A stretch of DNA of 64,000 nt, taken from the NCBI GenBank assembly GCA_964549945.1, contig CAZJXD010000007.1, forward strand, positions 33,444 through 97,443. Reading direction: 5' to 3'. The DNA comes from an uncultured Desulfobacteraceae bacterium (GTDB lineage Bacteria > Desulfobacterota > DSM-4660 > Desulfatiglandales > B25-G16). Positions 57,268 through 64,000 of this stretch are shown piece after piece (the stretch's first letter is position 1; each line of letters opens with the position of its first letter). A program made the position numbers and the translations under genes. The notes under the pieces were generated by a model. The model saw only the letters and a list, made by a program, of their open reading frames with translations. It did not search any database and was not told the DNA's origin.

Positions 57268-58170
57268 TTAAGGAGGTTCGGGGCTTCCGATGAGTGCGGT
57301 AGAGTAGGGATCGTGGGTGTTGTATCGTGTCAGGGCGATTTTCGGATTCATGTTTGAGTAGCAGTACGGGCAGCCGTGGGGGCAGGTGTCAGTCATACCG
57401 ATGTCGCGGCTCAGGGCGCAGCCGCAGTGTTCACGCTGCCCCGGGTCTTTTTCGGATGATACCGGGATACCCCAAAGCTCGCGGATGAGCGCGGCGTCGA
57501 TACAGCTCGAAGGCTTGATGCCCAGATAGGTGTAATCCCTCGCCTCTGCGCAGGCAACGATCCCCAGTCCGTGCCCGGCCGCGGTCTTGGCCACGTGTGA
57601 AAGGAGCGCCACTGTTTCCGGGTTTCTCCTGGGCTCCTTGTCGAAGACGTATCCCTGTGTTTCCAGGGGTGCAAGGTTGCGCACGGTCTTCCTATATAAG
57701 GTGATGATGCTGATGATTACCCTTTGGGTGCGCCCTGCGAGCTGCTGGCACAGGTTCTCAAAGGCCTTGCGGTGATAGGAAGCATCGGTCCTGTTGGAAA
57801 GGATAATGGGATCGTAGCGCCAGATCACGCGGCGCGGCCCGATCCTCTCGCTAAGCTCGATGAATGTGGAGATGCGCTCCTCCAAGGGCGGCAGGTTGGG
57901 CTCCAGGGCCTTGGGATAGTCGTTCAAGGTAAACAGGAAGTAGAAACGGTAGCCCATGCCTTCCACCTTTGGAAGAAAGCGGAGCATGGGCGCGGGATTT
58001 TTTGACCAGCACACTATGGCGTCCACGGATTCAGGCACGAGCGAGATGCGCGCAACCTGCCCGGGATTAAAGGGGTTGGGCACCAGGCAGTATCCCTCCT
58101 GCAACCGGTTCATGAACCAATCGGAATAGAAGGCGGGTATGTCTGTGCGGCGGCTGGCGCTGATGATCAT
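57268..58170 (-). CDS. DUF1848 family protein (Cys-rich C-terminus HCGCA...CPHGCPYCY)
   Basis: 300 aa. Family assignment by recollection. GAGG RBS. Confidence 0.5.
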   Translation of the reverse strand: MIISASRRTDIPAFYSDWFMNRLQEGYCLVPNPFNPGQVARISLVPESVDAIVCWSKNPAPMLRFLPKVEGMGYRFYFLFTLNDYPKALEPNLPPLEERISTFIELSERIGPRRVIWRYDPIILSNRTDASYHRKAFENLCQQLAGRTQRVIISIITLYRKTVRNLAPLETQGYVFDKEPRRNPETVALLSHVAKTAAGHGLGIVACAEARDYTYLGIKPSSCIDAALIRELWGIPVSSEKDPGQREHCGCALSRDIGMTDTCPHGCPYCYSNMNPKIALTRYNTHDPYSTALIGSPEPP

Positions 58171-58200
58171 CTTTTAGCCTCGTGTCAGAGCGATGTATGG

Positions 58201-58249
58201 ATAGCCAAAAGAAAAGCCCTCATCAGAAGAGGCTACTCCCGATGAGGGC
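58201..58249 (-). terminator. Intrinsic terminator: 9-bp GC stem GCCCUCAUC/GAUGAGGGC, 16-nt loop, then UUUUCUUUUGG on the minus strand
   Basis: Read directly. Sits about 30 nt upstream of the DUF1848 start and about 470 nt downstream of the preceding gene. Confidence 0.55.
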
Positions 58250-58717
58250 CGATTTCAAACGATTTTCAATAGCGATGAAAGGCTGGAGCTTGTCCACGGG
58301 CGCTCCACCGCTCCTGATTTGGCGTAAGAAATATTAAAAATCTTTAAACGGTGCAGTGCCATTTCCGATCGGGACCAGCAGTCTTCCGATGAAATTTTGG
58401 GTTATGATTCCGTGGGGGTTCCCCGGTAGTGGTTGTCGATATGCACTGGCAAAATATTCTGGTGAACCGCTACTTTTCAAAGGTAAAGATTTTAGCCAGA
58501 CAGACATTCGACCTTTGCTCGACCGGTAACCTCTATCCCGGTTTTTTCATAAACATTTTGGAATCGTCTTCTATGATCGGCTAAAGTTCCGGACGCTACG
58601 CCCCACAAACAGGGCTAAAGGCTAACCTATAAATACTGGTACGGGAGGCTTTGGGCTCCTTTGAACCGCTCAGTGGGTTCAGCCTTCTGTGTGGAGGATT
58701 ATGGTCCGTATCGTTCC

Positions 58718-60181
58718 CTAAGGCTCCGAACCCAAGATATGCTCTGCGTAGTTAGCAAGGCTAGCCATGACCATGGCCGCATCTTCAGGTGTGAAGTAGC
58801 AGACTCCTCCCATTTTCCCCAACATGCCGTCCATTCGACTCTCTATGTCCACGGAGGTGGTCGGAAACTCCGAGGCGACTATCACCGGCTTCTGATATCG
58901 ATCGGCAAGGCTCAGGGACTCCTGAAAAGCATCCCGTATGCCCGTTAGGGTTTCTTGGAGCTGCTTTTCGATTTCCTGTGGGCTGGCAGACGGTGGCAGG
59001 GGTCTCAAGGGCAGGGCGGGCATGATGCCCAGCAATATGACTCCATCAATTTCGCTGCACCGAAGCAGACACCCCAAGGCTTTCCACAGGTGGTCGGGCC
59101 GAAGGGCTGCAACCAGATCCACGGGATTTGCTCGGTTCCACCACGCGGGCATAAAGGCGTCGAGTTCGGCGATGGTCTCCTCAGGCAGGGACAATACCTC
59201 CAGGCCGGCCTCGGCGCATGCATCTGCGGCAAGCACGCCCCAACCGCCTCCGGCTGTAACGACGCCCACACGCCTCCCCCTGGGCAAGGGCTGCCGAATA
59301 AATCCAACGCCGATATTGGTTACGTCATCTATGCTCTTTGCGCGTATGATCCCTGTCTGCCTGCGCACGCCGTCGAAGGCGGAATCAGAGCCAGCCAGAG
59401 CGGCAGTGTGGGACATGGCTGCTTTGGCGCCGGCATTGGTGCTTCCTGCTTTGAGCATGATGATCGGCTTTTTCTTGATTACCTCTCTGGCGATCTCGAA
59501 AAAACGCTTTCCGTCCCTGAACCCTTCGATGTAGGACAAGATGACTTTGGTTTCAGGATCCTCGGCCAGATACTGGAAGAAGTCCTCACAGTGCAGGTCA
59601 GCCTCGTTACCGCTGCTCACGAAGCAGCTTATGCCGAGGCCCTTTTTCATGACCCGTCGGGCAATGGAGGTGGCCACGTTTCCGCTTTGGGCGACCACGG
59701 CTACCTGCCCGGGCGGTAGGAAAAGGGGCGGCATGGCCACGTGGAGGTTCGCCTGGGGACAGATGATGCCGTTGCAGTTGGGCCCGACCAGGATCATTCC
59801 CCCGGCGCGAGCTCGGTTTACCATCTCCAGTTGCAGATCCTCCCCCTCATTCCCCACTTCCGCGAATCCGGCTGTGATCACTACTCCGGCCCGGACCCCT
59901 TTGGTCACGCATTCCCCGATCACCTGTGGAACGGACGGAGGCGGCACGACGATAACAGCCAGATCGGGGGTGTCTGGAACGTGGGCGATCCTGGGATAGG
60001 ATTTCAATCCTTGAATCTCAGCCTCGCCGGGGTTTACGGGGTATATGGGGCCTTTGAAGCCGCCGCTGATCAGGTTGGACAGGATAATGGAGCCCCACTT
60101 GTCAGGCTTATTTGACGCGCCGATAAAGGCAACTGAATTGGGGTGAAACAAGGGTTGAAATCTTTCCACAATTTCCAACAT
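58718..60181 (-). CDS. Acyl-CoA synthetase (NDP-forming) alpha-type / CoA-binding domain protein
   Basis: N-terminal CoA-binding Rossmann fold (VAFIGAS...) and succinyl-CoA-synthetase-like ligase-CoA domains. No adjacent ATP-grasp beta subunit. Confidence 0.6.
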   Translation of the reverse strand: MLEIVERFQPLFHPNSVAFIGASNKPDKWGSIILSNLISGGFKGPIYPVNPGEAEIQGLKSYPRIAHVPDTPDLAVIVVPPPSVPQVIGECVTKGVRAGVVITAGFAEVGNEGEDLQLEMVNRARAGGMILVGPNCNGIICPQANLHVAMPPLFLPPGQVAVVAQSGNVATSIARRVMKKGLGISCFVSSGNEADLHCEDFFQYLAEDPETKVILSYIEGFRDGKRFFEIAREVIKKKPIIMLKAGSTNAGAKAAMSHTAALAGSDSAFDGVRRQTGIIRAKSIDDVTNIGVGFIRQPLPRGRRVGVVTAGGGWGVLAADACAEAGLEVLSLPEETIAELDAFMPAWWNRANPVDLVAALRPDHLWKALGCLLRCSEIDGVILLGIMPALPLRPLPPSASPQEIEKQLQETLTGIRDAFQESLSLADRYQKPVIVASEFPTTSVDIESRMDGMLGKMGGVCYFTPEDAAMVMASLANYAEHILGSEP

Positions 60182-60588
60182 CGTTGAAAACGCTCCTTAT
60201 TATCTTTGTTTTTCGGATCATCACGCCATGCTCATCTTGGGTCGGGCCAGTATACCTTAATGAGGTTGGAAGTAAAAGGGCTGTGCTGATGATTAATCCA
60301 TGCCTTCTGTCGTTGGAAGAAAGCGGCGCAACCACCTCATTTCTTGAGAGTCCCCACAGGGGTAGCTGCAAAACCCCGTCCATGGCCCAGGGCGCCAGAT
60401 TTTGCAGGATCAGGGAAGATTGAAGGGCTTCTCCTCCATGCCTTGGAGCCCCAATATCCCTTGACTCGCCTCATGAGATGAAATATCAAGGCAGAAGGGC
60501 ATTGTGCATTGCCAGCTCAAGGGGCGGAAATTTTTACCATCTATAGGGAAACCGGCGAGCTAGACCTGAACGCTAAAAAAAAGGATCT

Positions 60589-61311
60589 GTGATGGTGGCA
60601 TCACCTGCACGAGAAATAAGGGGCGTCATTTTTGACTTGGATCAAACGCTCATTGATTCTTTGCAGGCCTTCATCGAGGCCTTTAATAGAGGGGTTGAGC
60701 GCTTTGGGCTGGCCCCTGTTGCCCAGGAGAAGCTGACCTCTTTTTTGGATAATGGCTGGCGGATGGGGAAGATGCTTTTCGAGGAATTCCCTTCCGTCTT
60801 CAATGAAGAGGATGCCCGGAAGGCATGTGAGGATGAGATACGGAAGGCCTATCTGGAATTGGAGCCCGAGAATGTGGTGTTGAAGTCGGGAGTGAGGCGG
60901 ACCCTCTGTTCGCTGAAGGAGAGGGGAGTCAAGATAGGGATAGTCACCGGAAGAATGGGCAAGGGTGACGGTAAGTGGCGCGAGCTTCGCAGGTTGCATA
61001 TTGATCAGTATGTGGATGCCATGGTTACCGCTGCCGAGGCACCTGCGAAACCTGCCCCGGATGGCTTGATCTTGTGTGTGAAGGCATTAGGGCTTGAGGC
61101 AGAGGATTGCGTGTATATTGGGGATTCACGGCTTGATATCAGGGCCGGCAAAAAGGCAGGATTGCTGACTGTAGGCATTCAGACTGGCGTTGCCGGTAGA
61201 GAGCTTCTTGCCGAGGAAGGACCTGACTACATGGTGGATGAAATAAGTGAGCTTTTGAGTCACCTACCTGAATTTCATAAAACTGGGGGGACCTACCACG
61301 GAAGAATATGA
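60589..61311 (+). CDS. HAD-superfamily hydrolase (phosphoglycolate phosphatase-like)
   Basis: Motif I IFDLDQTL, motif IV GDSRLD. Confidence 0.75.
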   Translation: MMVASPAREIRGVIFDLDQTLIDSLQAFIEAFNRGVERFGLAPVAQEKLTSFLDNGWRMGKMLFEEFPSVFNEEDARKACEDEIRKAYLELEPENVVLKSGVRRTLCSLKERGVKIGIVTGRMGKGDGKWRELRRLHIDQYVDAMVTAAEAPAKPAPDGLILCVKALGLEAEDCVYIGDSRLDIRAGKKAGLLTVGIQTGVAGRELLAEEGPDYMVDEISELLSHLPEFHKTGGTYHGRI

Positions 61312-61345
61312 AGCGCTTTTCAAGTTTGCCGCGAAGGCAGGCTCA

Positions 61346-61558
61346 ATGGAGGGATATCTCTATGAAAGAGAGAAGATAGAGCCCCTTTCTAACTGGGTGA
61401 GCAATTTGGAGACGATGTATGCCAATCTTCCAGATGAGGTAAAAGCCAGGATCAGAGACGAATTGTGCAATGTCCTGGCACGGATTTTCCAGTATGGAGG
61501 AGCCCGCCTGGAGCAAGAGATTCGAACACGGTTACATACCTTTCGCTCCTCACTCTGA
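61346..61558 (+). CDS. Hypothetical 70-aa protein, in frame with the downstream gene across a single TGA
   Basis: ORF only. No recognisable family. Confidence 0.3.
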   Translation: MEGYLYEREKIEPLSNWVSNLETMYANLPDEVKARIRDELCNVLARIFQYGGARLEQEIRTRLHTFRSSL

Positions 61559-61564
61559 AAGACT

Positions 61565-61990
61565 ATGAAGCCTTCAGCTTCCGGAAAAGTCGCAATAAAG
61601 GGAACGCTGGTCGAGGGATTAAGGGAATCAGGCCTTTTCATGGGTATCCCTTGGGTCAGAGAGCAATTCATAGGGAAGCTGGGCATTGATCCATACCCGG
61701 GGACCCTTAACCTGGAGTTCAAGGATCCTCGAGACCTCGACATGCTTAAGGAGGTCAAGACCCGGCCAGGCATTGAGATACACCCGATGGAACAGGGATT
61801 CTGTTCAGCAAAGTGCTTTCATGTGTTGATATGCGGAAGGGTAAGGGGGGCAATCGTTATTCCTCTCGTGGATGATTATCCCGAATCCAAATTAGAGATC
61901 ATCGCCGAAGAAAGGCTCAAGGATCTCTTGTCGCTTCAGGTTGGTGATATAGTACTGATAGAAATCGATGTTGGAAATGGGCCTGCATAG
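61565..61990 (+). CDS. ribK: CTP-dependent riboflavin kinase homolog (archaeal RibK/DUF120 type)
   Basis: 141 aa with the PYPGTLNLE motif characteristic of the archaeal-type riboflavin kinase family. Confidence 0.55.
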   Translation: MKPSASGKVAIKGTLVEGLRESGLFMGIPWVREQFIGKLGIDPYPGTLNLEFKDPRDLDMLKEVKTRPGIEIHPMEQGFCSAKCFHVLICGRVRGAIVIPLVDDYPESKLEIIAEERLKDLLSLQVGDIVLIEIDVGNGPA

Positions 61991-62407
61991 CGCTTCCTAG
62001 AGCCCTGAACCCTGAGCCTACAATACCCATATCTCCTCCGTATCTACCAGCAAATATTAGGTTGCTTTTTCATATCTCTTCTGGTACTAAAATAACGATT
62101 TCCTTCTCTCAATCATATCAACGCAAAAACCAGGCTATGAGATGCCTGCCATTAGCTGTAGACAACAAGCTTTTCACTTCAAGCTCTGCGATCTGGTTAT
62201 CTTCGCTTTGAATTCTAGAATTTCTCACTTTCTTCTATTAGCTTCCAATAACCTTGACAATGGAGAAGCTTCAAGGTTTAAGATCGCAAAATGAGACCTT
62301 AAAGCGCGGACAAAACCGGAAGTACCCTCCCTATGTGCTCATAGAGCATGAGGCCCTCTTATTCTTCGTAACAGCTGCTTTACATTGAGCAAGGCGGAGG
62401 TTTTGGA

Positions 62408-62971
62408 ATGCCAGATATTATCCCGATCGAAAGGATCGCCAGCATGATCTATCTCATCCGGGATATCAGGGTTATGCTTGATAGAGATCTTGCTGCTCTT
62501 TATGGAGTGGAAACGAAAGCGCTGAAGCAAGCCGTAAGACGAAACATTAAACGTTTTCCCAAGGATTTCATGTTTGAGCTAACAAAAGAGGAATTTAAAA
62601 ATTGGAGGTCACAATTTGTGACCTCCAATCGAGATAAAAAGGGTTTACGATACAGCCCTATGGCTTTCACGGAGCAAGGCATGGCTATGTTATCAAGTGT
62701 TCTTAATAGCGACAGGGCTATTCAGGTAAACATTCAGGTCATGAGAGCTTTCACTAAATTACGGGAAATGCTATCTACTCACGAGGATTTGAGGAGAAAA
62801 GGCGAGGCCATGGAAAGGAAATACGACCGTCAGTTCAAGGTTGTATTTGATGCAATAAAGAAACTCATAGATATTGAGAGTAAGCCAAAAAGAAAGATAG
62901 GATTTGAAGTCAAGGAGCTACAAGCTAGCTATGGCAAGAAAGAAAAGTCAAAAAAAGGCCTAATGAACTGA
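62408..62971 (+). CDS. ORF6N-domain DNA-binding protein (phage/antirepressor-associated family)
   Basis: N-terminal LDRDLAALYGVETKALKQAVRRNIKRFPKDFMFELT matches the ORF6N domain consensus. GC about 42%. Confidence 0.6.
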   Translation: MPDIIPIERIASMIYLIRDIRVMLDRDLAALYGVETKALKQAVRRNIKRFPKDFMFELTKEEFKNWRSQFVTSNRDKKGLRYSPMAFTEQGMAMLSSVLNSDRAIQVNIQVMRAFTKLREMLSTHEDLRRKGEAMERKYDRQFKVVFDAIKKLIDIESKPKRKIGFEVKELQASYGKKEKSKKGLMN

Positions 62972-63149
62972 TATCAGACATTTGGCCCAAAACCTTCCTG
63001 CAGGGATGTGGTTTTTTCCTTTCTGCCATCTCAGCAGAAGGGAAAAAGAAATACTAACCTCAGCGCTTTCTGCGTCTCGAACGAGCGGAGCAAGTGGGCG
63101 GTAACAGGAAACAGTGAAAACAGGTAACCCGAAACGCGCTAGGTACCCC

Positions 63150-63857
63150 ATGCCCATACGGGAATGGTCTGTGGATGATCGGCCCCGGGAGAAGCTGCTC
63201 AAGTATGGAGAGCATACCCTGAGCAATGCCGAGCTGCTGGCCATTATGATCAGAACAGGCGCACCAGGGAAAAGCGCGGTTGATATTGGCAGGGAGCTGC
63301 TCCATAAATTCAAATCCCTTCGTTCAATGAGCGGCGTAGATGTATCGGAATTCAGGAAAATTACCGGCCTCAAGAACGCGAAGATCGCCCAGATCAGGGC
63401 AGCTATTGAACTGGGGAGGAGAATGCTGAGTGAGGAGAAGGCCCTTGAAGGGCCGGTCAAATCATCCTCTGATGTGGTGGGCTTCCTGATGCCCCTCATG
63501 GGGAATTTGAAAAAGGAGCGGTTCATGCTGCTCTTGCTCGATAAGCGAAACGTCATATCAGAGGTCACGGATATCGAGTACGGCACGGTTGATCAAGCCA
63601 ATCCCTACATTCGTGATATCATTCAGATGGCAATCCGCTACAATGCCCCCTCGATCATCGTGGCCCACAATCACCCGTCTGGTTCTATAACCCCGAGTGA
63701 ATCCGATAAGAGATTTACCAAAAGCCTCATGATGGCAGCACAGGCAACGGGCATCAGCTTCTTTGATCATATCATTATCGGCGATAACCGCTACTTCAGC
63801 TTTGCAGATGAAGGCCTTATTGGCGAATATAAAGCGGTCGCAATCGGGGAGCTATAA
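63150..63857 (+). CDS. radC: RadC-like JAB/MPN domain protein (UPF0758)
   Basis: HhH N-terminal region and the JAMM motif HNHPSG. Start reset to the internal ATG (MPIREW...). Confidence 0.8.
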   Translation: MPIREWSVDDRPREKLLKYGEHTLSNAELLAIMIRTGAPGKSAVDIGRELLHKFKSLRSMSGVDVSEFRKITGLKNAKIAQIRAAIELGRRMLSEEKALEGPVKSSSDVVGFLMPLMGNLKKERFMLLLLDKRNVISEVTDIEYGTVDQANPYIRDIIQMAIRYNAPSIIVAHNHPSGSITPSESDKRFTKSLMMAAQATGISFFDHIIIGDNRYFSFADEGLIGEYKAVAIGEL

Positions 63858-64000
63858 GAAAACAAAAACAAGCTTCGGGAATTGATGTTATCGCATCGAG
63901 AGCTCGCACACAGACTTGCGGAGCTTGCCCATACGGGAGTAAAGAGGGGACGCTCGGAAAGCGCCGGCAAAGCCGGCATGGAGTAGGTGGTGAAAGTCCA

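Noticed and set aside
58251-58717. Cobalamin-riboswitch-like B12 box (GGCACTG) in the DUF1848 leader
   Set aside because: Only a 6/7 match to the B12 box without the other conserved cobalamin riboswitch elements. It needs an Rfam scan and is not called.
60184-60423. 79-aa plus ORF with a signal-peptide-like N-terminus
   Set aside because: It starts at a TTG with no RBS, abutting the divergent acyl-CoA synthetase start. It is probably a promoter region.

Overview
This is a bacterial chromosomal window of about 50-55% GC, dominated by conserved housekeeping operons, nearly all confidently assignable from the protein translations. Named operons on the minus strand unless marked (+): (i) ftsE-ftsX-envC-ctpA-yibQ cell-division/envelope cluster; (ii) rny and zapB-zapA; (iii) a complete bacterial V/A-type ATPase operon in the order G/H-I-K-E-C-F-A-B-D; (iv) a bactofilin gene 42 bp upstream of that operon; (v) mreB-mreC-mreD-mrdA-rodA; (vi, +) the replication-origin-proximal block rpmH-rnpA-yidD-yidC-jag-mnmE, then an acyl-CoA dehydrogenase, then dnaN-gyrB-gyrA-gpsA-birA, with no dnaA or recF; (vii) a nitrogen-assimilation cluster: GAF/sigma-54 activator, a readable sigma-54 promoter, amtB-glnK, flotillin, glnA and an AsnA-like class-II aaRS-fold enzyme; (viii) a DegT aminotransferase plus Fe-ADH pair, a DUF1848 protein with a long structured leader, and an ADP-forming acyl-CoA synthetase-like protein; (ix, +) HAD hydrolase and an archaeal-type CTP-dependent riboflavin kinase homolog; (x, +) a lower-GC ORF6N plus RadC/JAB pair at the window end. 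The least conventional locus, and my best candidate for an undescribed system, is at 729-3535. It holds two tandem, 4-bp-overlapping ArsA/Get3-family ATPase paralogs, followed on the same strand by two paralogous about 92-aa proteins. Each small protein has a hydrophobic segment and a shared basic C-terminal motif (YY.LRL.P...W+RRM.RE+DF), and an operator-like palindrome sits upstream. I found no rRNA, tRNA or CRISPR arrays. Many long ORFs in the six-frame track are antisense shadows of real genes and were rejected.
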